Origin: Leucoraja ocellata
Lineage: Eukaryota
Reading direction: 5' to 3'
Length of the DNA stretch: 64,000 bases
Assembly: GCA_036785375.1 (NCBI GenBank)
Contig: JAWMAR010000102.1
Coordinates: forward strand, 6,696,001-6,760,000
Shown here: positions 51,623 to 63,818 of the stretch, in pieces
How the letters are laid out: every line of letters starts with the position of its first letter
Position numbering within the stretch: the stretch's first letter is position 1
Made by a program: the position numbers and the translations under genes
The notes under the pieces: model-generated
The model's database searches: none
Seen by the model: only the letters and a program-made list of their open reading frames with translations
Told to the model about the DNA's origin: nothing

Positions 51623-51948
51623 AGGGCCTGTCCCACTTACATGACCTTTACAGGCGACAGCCAGCACCCGCCATAGGTCGCCGAAACTTTCAACATGTTG
51701 GAAATTCAGTGATGACCAGAAAGACGCTATGACTTTTTAGAGACCTCTCACGACCACATGGTTGAGATAGGTCACCCGCGACGTGTCGCCTGTATGGCCG
51801 TGAGAGGTCTTCTATGGTTGTGAGAGGTCTCCAACGAGTCGTAACGTCTTTCTGGTCGCTGCTGAATTTTCAACATGTTGAAAATGTTGGCGACCTATCA
51901 CGGGTGCCAGCAGTCGCCTGTAAAGGTTGTGTAAGTGGGACAGGCCCT
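51623..51948. mobile_element. Harbinger-type MITE, almost fully palindromic
   Basis: AGGGCCTGTCCCACTTAC / GTAAGTGGGACAGGCCCT; TAA and TTA flanks. Confidence 0.85.
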
Positions 51949-52064
51949 TTAAGGGAATACAGTAACAATGATAGAGTGATCCCCGGTTACATGGGGTAAT
52001 GGGGCGTGTTAGAGGGTAATTACACTATTGTATTATGTATTGCTCGTAGCAAAGGTGTGCAGTA

Positions 52065-52300
52065 CACACTTGGTCAGGCAACATCATTGGAGAGAGAAAG
52101 ATCAAAACGATATCGAAACGGATGACTTACAACATTAGAGGCCAGTTCCAATATTCCAACAGTTATCTAATAAATTGGAGATTTCAATATTGAGTCAAGA
52201 TGGCTGCAATGTGGCTCGGCCAAAGACGAGGTGCTGTCCGTCAAGCTTGCCTTGGATCTCATATTAACGGCCAGGAGGCCACGGAAGAACTGGTCTCCCT
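52065..52300 (-). mobile_element. old Penelope-like remnant
   Basis: - strand reads KLDGQHLVFGRATLQPS*LNIE, homologous to the GIY-YIG C-terminus near 24010-24070. Confidence 0.55.
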
Positions 52301-52720
52301 GTGACAAAATAAACTTCACGCGACATTTCCTCTCGTTCTGTCCTTCTGCACAGACCGGGTGAAAATGAGACTAATTCCAATGGTTTTGGCAGCCCTCGCC
52401 ACATTGCAGTGGAGTGGACACCAAGGCCAGGTTGTGACACCGGGAGTCGGGCCAAGCTGCAGGGTTTCAGGCCGTTGCAATGACACTCCAGCCACCGCCA
52501 TGGGTGGGAACTCGAGGAGCCAAATAAAGTTCTCCACTCTGGGGGGAAAAAAGGCAGAAAAAATAAGTCAAAAAGACAATAAAACAAAACGACATCTGCC
52601 TGAGGACAAGCACCAGAGAAGGTCAAATATTGCCTGTTTTTTAAAGAATGCTCTTTCAAAGCAGATGTCAGTTGTGATATATGGAGAATGATGATGTAAC
52701 GGTTTTTGATTGACATTCAG

Positions 52721-52801
52721 GAGTGCAACCCAAACCAGATCTTGTACAAGCCAGCTCGTCTGAAGAGGGTGAGTGGGGCTGAAGAACTGTCCTTCCACAA
52801 G
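52721..52801 (+). other. candidate non-coding 5'UTR exon of COMT
   Basis: tgacattcag acceptor; donors AAG|GTAAAT (after 52801) and AGG|GTGAGT (after 52768); unique sequence about 1.85 kb upstream of a coding exon that needs an upstream exon. Confidence 0.35.
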
Positions 52802-53655
52802 GTAAATATTAATATTTCTCAATGTACCTTCCTGTAATATGTATAATTGGATGAACTGCAATTGTATTTTTAATATGGAACTAATATCATCTCCATCCAT
52901 TATTATTACCATGTGAAACTAATGATAAATGTATTACTGGTCAATCCTGCTTGGTACAGATGTATACATTGATACACAAGATGCTACATAGAACAGTGAG
53001 TGGCTTCATTGATTGCTCACAGAGTTTGAAGTGGTTCTCTCCAACTTGGAATTAATGCCATTGCAATTTTGGGAGAGTGCTTCTCGGAAAATGTTCTTCA
53101 GTATTTTTGTGAAGGTGCATTGTAAATCCCAGAGGGACTTCAGGGTGTTACCGTGACAACGGGGCAGATTTTGAAATCAGCTCCTTCACTGAAAAGGATT
53201 TTCAAAGCAAAGGGATGTTTTTGTTTCATCCAAGAAGCAACATGAGAAAAAACTCAAGGACAGACCCTCTGCTGGGGAAAATGTTGCCAGAGCTGGTGAT
53301 ACCAATGTCTGCAACCCTCCCTCCATTGACGAACTGTACACACTGCAAGGGCCAGGAAGCGAGCGGGCAAGATCATCTCTGACCCCTCTCACCCTGGCCA
53401 CAAACTCTTTGAATCACTTCCCTCTGGAAGGCGACTCCGGACTGTCAAAGCTGCCACAGCCAGACGTAAAAACAGTTTTTATCCACGAGTAGTTGCTCTA
53501 CTCAATAACCAAAAATCTGTAGCCTCCCTTTGATCTGGTATTTTGTTGGTTCACCTGCTTGATCAATGGTGTTTTATCATGAATGTTTTATTATTATTAA
53601 TTTGGACTGTTTTCTAAGTCATTCGTAACTGTCACTGTATATCATAGTGTTACTT

Positions 53656-54548
53656 AGAAACGTAGAAAATAGGTGCAGGAGTAGGCCATTCGGCCCTTCG
53701 AGCCTGCGCCGCCATTCAATATGATGATGGCTGATCATCCAACTCAGTATCCTGTACCTGCCTTCTCTCCATACCCCCTGATCCCTTTTGCCACAAGTGC
53801 CACATCTAACTTCCTCTTAAGTATAGCCAATGAACTGGCCTCAACTACCTTCTGTGGCAGAGAATTCCACAGATTCACCACTCTCTGTGTGAAAAATGTT
53901 TTTCTCATCTCGGTCCTAAGGGGGGGGGGGGGGTCTTATAGAAACATATACAATTCTAAAAGGACTGGACAAGCTAGATGCAGGAAAGATTTTCCCAATG
54001 TTGGGCGAGTCCAGAACCAGGGGCCACAGTCTTAGAATAAAGGGGAGGCCATTTAAGACTGGGGTGAGAAAAGACTTTTTCACCCAGAGAGTTGTGAATT
54101 TGTGGAATTCCCTGCCACAGAGGGCTGTGGAGGCCAAAATCACTGGATGGATTTAAGAGAGAGTAATGTCCCTGTCCCACTTAGGAAACCTGAATGGAAA
54201 CCTCTGGAGACTTTGCACTGCACCCAAGGTTTCCGTTCGGTTCCCGGAGGTTGCAGGTGGTTGCCGGAGGTTGCAGATAGTGGAAGCGGGTAGGGAGACT
54301 GACAAAAACCTCCGGGAACCGCACGGAAACCTTGGGCGGGGCGCAAAGTCTCCAGAGGTTTCCGTTCAGGTTTCCTAAGTGGGACAGGGACTTTAGATAG
54401 AGCTCTAGGGGCTAATGGAATCAAGAGATATGGGGAGAAGGCAGGCACGGGTTATTGATTGGGGACGATCAGCCACGATCACAATGAATGGCGGTGCTGG
54501 CTCGTAGGGCTGAATGGCCTCCTCCTGCACCTATTTTCTATGTTTCTA
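53656..54548. mobile_element. back-to-back CR1 3' ends (- at 53656-53918, + at 53920-54548) with nested Harbinger MITE (54167-54392)
   Basis: Tails point outward; the MITE sits at the TTA of GAGAG-TTA-GATAG. Confidence 0.88.
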
Positions 54549-54648
54549 AGTGTGTAAGATTGGAGTTGTGGCCATGATCAGTGCAGCCATGCCCCTCATT
54601 GAATGGCAGAGCTGGCTTTTATTCCTATTTATTACCTGCTTTTACCAG

Positions 54649-54931
54649 ATGGAAGAGTATCTCACTAACCTCGGCATCCTGGTGGCCAGTCTCCTCCTGC
54701 TTTTCTTCCTGCTCCCTGTCCTCTGTAAAAACAACAGTACAGCAGCAATATTCTGGCACACAGTCCTCGAGGAGAAGCTGGCAATGCTGATGACAGGCAC
54801 CAGCAGAGAGAACAGGATTCTACAGTATGTGATGCAGAATGCTGTGCAAGGTGATGCAGGGAGCGTAGTGGAGAATATCGACAAATACTGCCGGGACAAG
54901 GAGTGGGCGATGAATGTGGGCGATGAGAAAG
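54649..54931 (+). CDS. COMT: COMT first coding exon (membrane anchor plus N-terminal domain, ...EWAMNVGDEKG)
   Basis: ATG immediately after the ttttaccag acceptor; hydrophobic LGILVASLLLLFFLLPVL; EWAMNVGDEKG motif; donor G|gtaggc; 283 nt, phase 1; head-to-head with TXNRD2. Confidence 0.95.
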
Positions 54932-55257
54932 GTAGGCTTGTTTTATATTTAAAGACATCTCAATCACGATGTAACCACAACACATTATATTAACATTATG
55001 TTATTTGGCATAAGATAAATCTCTCCAATTACTTACAAGCTCAATATAGAATTCAATCATTTCAGGCAACTCACCTTTCCTGTTGTGTGCCTGAATTGGT
55101 CATTTTTACACTAAGTCCATTCTGAGGGAAGTAGGAGTTAGAGGGCAGACACAAAGGAGGGCAATAAAATAACTTGCCAATGCTGCCGAATGGAGCAGTC
55201 ACTGGCTGTGGCTGAAGAGGAAAGATGGTGTCTGGGCTGCCACGTGACCATCTAGAC

Positions 55258-55703
55258 CAGTGGTTCCCAACGTGGGGTGTATGCCCCACAGGGGGGCAAT
55301 TTGATTTTTAAGGGGGGCAATTGAGTGCGACTGAGGAGGTCTGGGTCCAAATTTTCGATTTTTATTTTTTTGGATTTTCCATCAGGTAAACATATGTAGT
55401 TTATGTTTCAGATGTTATTTTGAGTAAATAATTTTTTGGGGGTAAAAAAGGTCTTTATTGTGTAGTTATTACATAATCACCGCGCCATCGCTCTTCATGC
55501 ACGTCGCACGAAGCGCGCGAGGTCATGGGAGAACCTTATTTATTGAATTGGATTTAGAAATGCGATTCAAAGAGCTTTTGCTAAGTTACCCTTATAATAT
55601 AATATCTATTTCCTCAGTTTTCTCTCAAGGGAAAGCAAGGGGGGGCATCAGGATTTTAGAGGTGATTAGGTGGAGCATGGCCAAAAAAAGTTGGGAACCA
55701 CAG
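55258..55703. mobile_element. hAT/Charlie-type MITE
   Basis: TIR CAGTGGTTCCCAAC / GTTGGGAACCACAG; 8-bp TSD ATCTAGAC/ATCTAGAG, the NTCTAGAN target typical of Charlie. Confidence 0.9.
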
Positions 55704-56249
55704 ATCTAGAGGCTAACCATAAGACACACACCCAGGTCGGATCACCCTGCAGTGGGCCTGCCTCGACTGAGGGTGTCTTGTGACTAAAGGCCGGAACACC
55801 CAGTGACGTTGAGGTACACAACTGAAGCTGTGTCTGATTGTTAGCAAATTCACCTAGTGGTCACCCCCAAGAATGTCAATTGTAGTGTAAAATCTTAGGG
55901 ATTGTAACACCCAGTCCTAACACCCAGTCCTACTAATCAATCTGATTACTTGGGCACAGCTGGTAAAGCTGCTGCTTCTCAATGCCAGCGATCCAGGTTT
56001 GATGCTGACAGTGGGTGCTATCTGTGTGGAGTTTGCATGTTTTCCCTCGGTGCTCCGGTTTCCTCCCACATCCCAAAGACTTGTGGCGTCTGTAAATTGC
56101 CCCTCATGTGCAGGGAGTTGGGATAACACAGCACAAGTGTGAACAGGTCGCACAGATGGTCAGCGTGAACACATTGGGCCAGAGGGCCGGCTCCAAGTTG
56201 TATCTTTCAGTCCAAATCTCCACATAATCCATGGACATATTGTAACTAA

Positions 56250-56581
56250 TGGCCCTGTCCCACGGTACGAGTTCATTCCAAGAGCTCTCACGGGTTAAAA
56301 AAAAATCAAACTCGGGGTAAGCACGGAGAATGAACGTAGCGGGTACGTCGGAGCTCGGGGACGTCTCTTAGCGGCTCGTAGCGCTAACGGCAGGTACTCG
56401 GGAAGACTCGCTAACGGCAGGTAAGCACAGGAAGACTGGTGAAGATTTTTCAACATGCTGATAAATGTCCACGAGAGCCCCAAGTCCTCACGAGCGGCCA
56501 TTAGCGTAAATCTCCGAGTTGGAATCAGGGCAAACTCGAGGAGAGCTCTTGGAATGAACTCGTACCATGGGACAAGGGTTT
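56250..56581. mobile_element. Harbinger-type MITE
   Basis: CCCTGTCCCACGGTACGAGTTCATTCC TIR; TAA flanks; near-identical to 57445-57774. Confidence 0.85.
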
Positions 56582-57444
56582 TAAAACAGTGACATTTCAA
56601 TAAGAAGGAAAAGTGCTGTAAACACACACAGCAAGTCAGGCAGCATCTGTGGTGCGAGATACTGAGCCAATGTTTCACGTTAGGATACTGCTCAGAGTCG
56701 GTTGCCAAAGATTTAAAAAAACTTGGATCATATTGAATGACGGGCGAAAATGTTAGATTGTGATTCGTAGATTCCGACTGCTACGAGGATGTTCCTTTAA
56801 TCCCGGGCAAAAGTGTTTCTTTATTATGTGTCAGAGGGACCTTTTTTGGTCAAAGTAGTTTAGATTTGCAGTGAGCATCAATAAGCTCCCAGGTTGGTCT
56901 GGTTTCACGGATAAGATCTGTACAGGGTTCACGCCTTCAATAACAACTGTCACCCATGATTAATGAACCCACACCACAAGACAATGTACCACGGCAGATA
57001 CGTGGAGCTGACTACTGTTACCATGGTAACTATCTACAGGCTGGGCTGAGGCAAAGGACTTTGCAGATTACCTGCCAAATTCAATATAAAATAAGCTGAT
57101 ATGATCACAGAATAATTTATCCTTTGATGGCAAAATGCCGTGAGAAATTGTTTTCAACAAAAGGGTATAAATATTGATCAGGGGGCATTACACTAGACCA
57201 AGTTTGTAAATAGGATTAAAATTGTCAAATTAAATGTGTTAGTGGATCGGGATTCCATTTTTTTCCCCATTTAAGTCGACGGATAGAAACAAAGAACTGC
57301 AGATGCTGGTTAATACACAAAAATAAAACACAATGTGCTGGAGTAACTCAGCAGGTCAGACAGCATCTCTGGAGAACATGGATAAGTGACTCGAATCGTC
57401 ACCTATCCATGTTTTCCAGGGATGCTGCCTGACCTGTTGAGTTA

Positions 57445-57774
57445 AAGCCCTGTCCCACGGTACGAGTTCATTCAAGTGCTCTCCCGAGTTTAAAAAAAAA
57501 TCAAACTTGTGGTAAGCACGGAGAATGAACGTAGCGGGTACGTCGGAGCTCGGGGACGTCTCTTAGCGGCTCGTAACGTTAACGGCAGGTACTCGGGAAG
57601 ACTCGCTAACGGCAGGTAAGCACGGGAAGACTGGTGAAGATTTTTCAACGTGATGGAAAATGTCCACGAGAGCCCCGAGTACCGACGAGCGGCCATTACC
57701 GTAAATGTCCGAGTTCAAATCAGGGCAAACTCGGGAGAGGTCTTGGAATGAACTCGTACAGTGGGACAGGGGTT
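57445..57774. mobile_element. Harbinger-type MITE nested in a PLE palindrome (about 57287-57800)
   Basis: Inserted at the TTA of GAG-TTA-CTCCAGCAC. Confidence 0.85.
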
Positions 57775-58205
57775 TGACTCCAGCACTTGGTGTCCTTTTG
57801 GTAGTTGTTCATCTACCCAGCAAAGGCTCCTCTCGTTAGTCCACAATGGTTAGTTCTCGAGTTTCACAAGAAGGGCTAAACCCCCCGGGACACACTCCAG
57901 TCTTGATCTCAAACCACTCGCGCCGGGGAGGATCCTGAACTGTGCACAATGAGCGGGTCTCTCTCAAAATGCTTGCTTGCGTTTACTCTCAACCTTCCAA
58001 GGCCGGGCAGCAGAGGAAAGAAAGCAGTCAAAGTGGAAAACCAACAATGATATTGATGCTGGAACATAAAATGGAACCAGGAATGCTGGAAGATCTCAGC
58101 GAATCGAACAGCATTTGTTCCAATGGAGGGTCATTGACCTGAAACATTGGTTTCTCCTTCCACTGATGCAACTCGACTGACTGAGTTCTTCCAGCATTTA
58201 TTTTG

Positions 58206-58592
58206 GATGAGAGGGGATCTCATTGAAACATATAAGATTGTTAAGGGCTTGGACACACTAGAGGCAGGAAACATGTTCCCGATGTTGGGGGAGTCCAGAA
58301 CCAGGGGCCACAGTTGAAGAATAAGGGGTAAGCCATTTAGAACGGAGACGAGGAAACTCTCACAGAGAGTGGTGAGTCTGTGGAATTCTCTGCCTCAGGT
58401 GGAGGCTGGTTCTCTGGACGCTTTCAAGAGAGAGCTAGTTAGGGCTCTTAAAAATAGCGGAGTCAGGGGATATGGGGAGAAGGCAGGAACGGCGTACTGA
58501 TTGTGGATGATCAGCCATGATGACATTGAATGGCGGTGCTGGTTCGAAGGGCCGAATGGCCTCTACTCCTGCACCTATTGTCTATTGTCTAT
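58206..58592 (+). mobile_element. CR1 LINE 3' end
   Basis: (CTATTGT)n tail. Confidence 0.88.
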
Positions 58593-60602
58593 TTTGGAGT
58601 TTTTGTTTAAAAAGTCACTCAAGATTCCTGCTTGGAGATGTTGTCACCAAAGGAAGGGCCGCCCCTGAAGAATTGTCAGCACAACACACTACAGAGGCTG
58701 CAAGCAAAAACCAAAAGTGCTGGAGGAACTCTGCGGGTCAGGCAGCATCTGTGGAGGAAATGGACAGACAACATTCAAGTCGGGACTCTTCTTCAGTCTG
58801 AAGACGTGCGATCAGCACTTTGTCATCTGATCAATCGTATTGCCTTCGACAACCAAATAGTTTGTTGAAACTCATACGAGACCAAGTCAACATGACCCCA
58901 GGTGTCTGACCCCTGCTCAAGTCACAGTTTGTAGCAAAGACGATGCAAACCGGGGAGGAGAGGTACGAGAAGGTGGAGATGTTGGAATCTGGAGCAAAAA
59001 TCAAACTGCTGGAAGAAATCAGCGGGTCAAGCAGCATCTGTTGGTGGTGGAAGGGTTGGGGGGAAGCAATTATCGATATTTCACATCAAGACGGTGCATT
59101 GAAATTGGGAACATTTCTAGCAGAGTAGAATTCTCACCCCAACATAGCTTCTGATGAAATTCCATTCCACACAATGTCAGTGTTTGGTTGGGTGGAGTTG
59201 CGAGAAAGATTAGATTAAAACGGTGACATTTTTGGATTGCTTTCACCAAGTCTGCGGGCACAGACAACCCAACCCTCTGTGTTTCATGATGAGTAATAGT
59301 GAACACACTTCCGAGAACGCCATGAGCTAAACTGAAAGGATTCTCAGAACCATTCAAAATGTCACAATTGTCCACAAAGAATTGTTTCAACCCATTGGAA
59401 GAGTGAGAGTGGATTGGCGCCAGTCTGGAGTTACTGTAGAATTTATTTTAAGAAACATTGTGTTCTGCTCCAATGACTCATTGACTTACTTGTACACATC
59501 TGCAAATCCAGTGAACGGTGACATAGCTAAGGCAAGTCTTAATGGCTCACAGTTTAATAGACCCAGTCCCCAGACCCTTCGGTCCACAATGCCAAATTCA
59601 ACAAAACACATCAGCCTGCCTATGATCTGTATACCTTAACTCCCTGCATGTTTATATTCCCTTTGATCTGGCATTTTGTTGGTTCACATGCTTGATCAAT
59701 GGTGTTTTATCATTAATGTTTTATTATTATTAATGTGTAGTGTTTTCAGAGTCATTCGTAACTGTCACTGTATGTCATGTTGTTACTTGTGGGCGGAGCA
59801 CCAAGGCAAATTCCTTGTATGTGAATACTTGGCCAATAAACTTACTTACTTACTTTCCTCGATGTCTCTCGAAACCACTGTGTGTTTCCATCACCTCCCC
59901 GCCAGCTATTTCCAGACACCCAGCAAAAAACAAACCTGCCCCCGCACATCGCCATTAAGCTTTCTGACCTGACAGCTTTGGCCTCCAGTATTTGGCCTCC
60001 AGTATTTCCACGCTGGGAAAAAGACTGTCTCCCGTATCAATGCCTCTCTCTCCATTTTATATTCTTCTATCAGGTCTCCTCTCAGTCTCCATCACTCCAA
60101 TAGAAACGTTTCCAAGTTTGCTCAACCTCTCCTTCAAACTAATACTTTATAATCCAGGCAACATTGTGGTAAACCTCTTCTGAACTTTCTCCAAAGTCTC
60201 CACCTCAATCATGTTATGGGTGACCCGATCCACAGCTTTTTGTGAAAGATAGTGTACATTTGAGGATGATGGTATGAAAATTGTGATACAAATATCGGCT
60301 TCAAACATTCTTCTTCTTGCGTATGGCTTGCACAGCCTAAAGTTGGAGGACAACTTGTTCTATTTCATCTTATTTGATGGTGCACGCCGGGTTTAATGCA
60401 TTAGTTGAAGGTTGCAATCTCCCGCCCCGCTTCAAACATTAACAAGACATCGCACTAGTTCAAGAAATTAAGTATGTTTGGAATAAGAATGGTAATGGTG
60501 ACCATGAACTAGATTGTCATCGCCCTTCAACCCCCCGAGTCCACACAGACCATCGATCACCCATTCACACTAGTTCCATGTTATCCCACATTCTCATCCA
60601 TT

Positions 60603-61320
60603 ACTAGAATGTTGCCTGGGTTTCAACAACTAAGTTACAGAGATAGGTTGAATGAGTTAGGTCTTTATTCTCTGGAGCGCAGAAGGTTAAGGGGGGACTT
60701 GATAGAGGTCTTTACAGCGCCAGAGCCCCTGGTTCAATCCTGGCTACGGGCGCTGTCTGTACGGAGTTTGTACGTTCTCCCTGTGACCTGCGTGGGGTTT
60801 TTTTCCGGGATCTCCGGCTTCCCCCCACATTCCAGAGACTTACAGGTTTGTAGGTTAATTGGCTTGGTATAATTGTAAATTTTCCCGGGTTGAATAAGTT
60901 AGGTCTTTATTCTCTGGAGCACAGAAGGTTAAGGGGGGACTTGATAGAGGTCTTTAAAATGATGAGAGGGATAGACAGAGTTGATGTGGACCAGCTTTTC
61001 CCTTTGAGAGTAGGGAAGATTCAAACAAGAGGACATGACTTCAGAATTAAGGGACAGAAGTTTAGGGGTAACATGAGGGGGAACTTCTTTACGCAGAGAG
61101 TGGTGGCGGTGTGGAATGAGCTTCCAGTGGAAGTGGTGGAGGCAGGTTCGTTGGTAACATTTAAAAATAAATTGGATAGGCATATGGATGAGAAGGGAAT
61201 GGAGGGTTATGGTATGAGTGCAGGCAGGTGGGACTAAGGGGAAAAAAAGTTGTTCGGCACAGACTAGAAGGGCCGAGATGGCCTGTTTCCGTGCTGTAAT
61301 TGTTATATGGCTATATGGTA
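60603..61320 (+). mobile_element. CR1 LINE 3' end with internal 69-bp duplication bracketing a SINE fragment
   Basis: 60646-60714 is repeated at 60888-60956. Confidence 0.88.
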
Positions 61321-61548
61321 TTCCATACACATCCAGAGGAATTCTACAGAGGCAAATCAACCTACATTCACGCAGGTTGTTGGGATGTTGCAGGAAACCC
61401 ATGTGGTCACAGGAAGAAGGTGCAAACTCCACACAGACAGCAACTGAGGTCAGGATTGAACCCGGGTCTCGGACGGCGTGAGGTGGTGGCTCCACCAGCC
61501 GTGCCACTGTGCTTTTCTCTGCTGTAACTGCTGTGCTTCTCTTGACAG

Positions 61549-61742
61549 GTGCAATTTTGGACAGGGTGTTGGAGGAGGCCAATCCTTTGACGGTGCTGGA
61601 GCTGGGCACATACTGCGGTTACTCTGCTCTCCGCATGGTCCGCGTGCTTCAACCTGGCGCTCGCCTGATGACAGTCGAGTTGAATCCCACCCACGCAGAC
61701 ATTGCCAGGCAGATCTTCCACTTTGCCGGAGTTGGGGGGAAG
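61549..61742 (+). CDS. COMT: COMT second coding exon (SAM-binding VLELGTYCGYS)
   Basis: tgacag and gtaaag sites; 194 nt; GAILDRVLEEANPLTVLELGTYCGYSALRM...FAGVGGK. Confidence 0.97.
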
Positions 61743-61809
61743 GTAAAGCTTACGGAGAGTACAAGCAATTCAGCCCTTCATTAAAAAATAACCGAGTCAT
61801 TTACTGTTC

Positions 61810-62150
61810 AGTCAGGTCAAGTCACTTTTATTTCTATAGCACATTTAAAAAACAACTCTCGTTGACCAAAGTGCTTTACATTGCTGGAGGTACTAACGTT
61901 ATACAACACTGGTTCATAGATTAAGTACAAACATAAATACACACATATAGCCCTCCCTCAGAGGACGTCAAGAAAGGCTTGAGAGTAAAGGTGAGTTTTA
62001 AGTCTCGACTTAAAGGAGTCGATGGAGGGGGCAGTTCTGATGGGAAGTGGGATGCTGTTCCACAGTCTAGGAGCTGCAACCGCAAAGGCCCCATCGCCCC
62101 AGAGCTTATGCCTAGATGTTCAGTAGCCCCAAGTCGGCTGATCTGTTGAC
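61810..62150 (-). mobile_element. L2-like LINE 3' end
   Basis: - strand TGTAAAGCACTTTG...GTGCTATAGAAATAAAAGTGACTTGAC, a typical L2 terminus. Confidence 0.7.
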
Positions 62151-62596
62151 CAGTTTCAATGCAAAGGTATTTAAATTTGATATTTCTGGATCGGAGAGGT
62201 AAATATATTTTCATAAAGTCTTTCATGATCTTATGCCAAAGTACTTCTAAGCCAATGGCTTCCAGCAGTGGGTCGCCACGGTGTAATAGATGGCTATTAC
62301 TGGGCCTCACGTCCAAATGTTCTCAGGATTAAGCCAAGGTGAGGCACAACTCGTTCTGTGTGGCCCTTTCTTGCCTGAAACTGGGTTTGTTATTAATCAT
62401 AGAGAATGGGTGAAAACTGTTGGGACGAGTCGCTTCACTCGCAATATTCCCGCGTGGAACACAAAGTCACTGGACTCCACTTGGTTTGCAATGTGAAGAG
62501 AAAGAAAGGCACAGGGGCAATAGTCGCAGGCTCGGTTGTTGAAAAGATGTTTCAATTCACGGGCACACCATTTGACATCAATTAACCAGACGTTCT

Positions 62597-63320
62597 CAAG
62601 GGGTTGGACAGGCTAGATGCAGGAAGATTGTTCCCGATGTTGGAGAAGTCCAGGACAAGGGGTCACACAGTTTAAGGATAAGGGGGACATTTTTTAGGAC
62701 CGAGATGAGAAAATTATTTTTCACACAGAGAATGGTGAATCTGTGGAATTCTCTGCCACAGAAGGTAGTTGAGGCCACAGTTCATTGGCTATATTTAAGA
62801 GGGAGTTAGATGTGGCCCTTGTGGCTAAAGGGATCGGGGGGTATGGAGAGAAGGCAGGTACAGGATACTGAGTTGGATGATCAGCCATGATCATATTGAA
62901 TGGCGGTGCTGGCTCAAAGGGCTGAATGGCCTCCTCCTGCACCTATTGTCTATGTTTCTATGTTTCACCAGAATGCTGCCTGGAATAAATGGTATTAGCT
63001 ATAAGGAGAGTTTGATCCGACTCGGATTGTTTTCTCCAGAAGGCCAGAGGTTGAGAGAAGACTTGATCCAAGTATCTAAAATTATAAGAGGTGTAGATCG
63101 GGGCGACGGAGCCTGCTTCCCCCTGGGTGGAAATACCCCCCCCCGAAGGCTAGTGGATGGTAGTGGAGGCAGAAATGACAATGGTGTTTAAGAGGCTTTG
63201 AGATAAGGACATGGACATGCAGGGAATGGAAGGATAAGGCTCACATGCAGGCAAAAATGATTAGTTCAACTCAGTATTGACATTATGGGCCGAAGGGCCT
63301 GTTCCCGTGCTGTACTGTTC
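62597..63320 (+). mobile_element. two tandem CR1 3' fragments
   Basis: Young copy at 62597-62965 followed by an older copy. Confidence 0.85.
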
Positions 63321-63514
63321 TGCGCTCACACAGAGCAAAGCACAGTCTCTGCTGACAGGTGAAGCCTGACAATGAAGTGTTATTTCAGTGGCAGGCCGTA
63401 CAGTGGAAGCCAGGACACAAACCTTTCCTGCAGCCCACATTCTAATATACTCTTTGTCTTTGTTGGAATCTTCTCCCCCTCTCTCTTTATTACCTCTTGC
63501 TGCATTGCTTGTAG

Positions 63515-63646
63515 GTGGAAATTCTGGAAGGTGCCTCTGAAGACATTATTCCTCTATTGAAGAAGCAACACAAAGTGGACACGGTGGATTTTGTATTCCT
63601 CGATCACTGGAAGGACCGTTATCGGCCTGATACCCAACTCCTGGAG
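63515..63646 (+). CDS. COMT: COMT third coding exon (Mg-binding/catalytic FLDHWKDRY)
   Basis: ttgtag and gtaaga sites; 132 nt; [44 protein letters not shown]. The final exon is outside the window. Confidence 0.97.
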
Positions 63647-63818
63647 GTAAGATGGTGGTGGGCACTCGTGGGAAACTGTCAATGGAGGCCATTCAGCCCG
63701 TCTTCCCAATGCCAAGGAAAAGCAGTAATTGGGGAAAGACCCACATCCTGCCACAAGTGGGTTCCTCATCGCCGTGTCTGAGACCCACTGGTGTCCCTAC
63801 TAGAACAGTGGGTGGTGG

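Noticed and set aside
52359-52691. ORF with a signal-peptide-like start (MRLIPMVLAALATLQ)
   Set aside because: No recognisable domain or splice support; likely a chance ORF in the COMT 5' region.
54550-54648. upstream in-frame extension of COMT (ORF start 54550, ATGs at 54574 and 54589)
   Set aside because: Overlaps the pyrimidine tract and acceptor; the conserved architecture places the start directly after the AG at 54649. Not excluded for unspliced transcripts.
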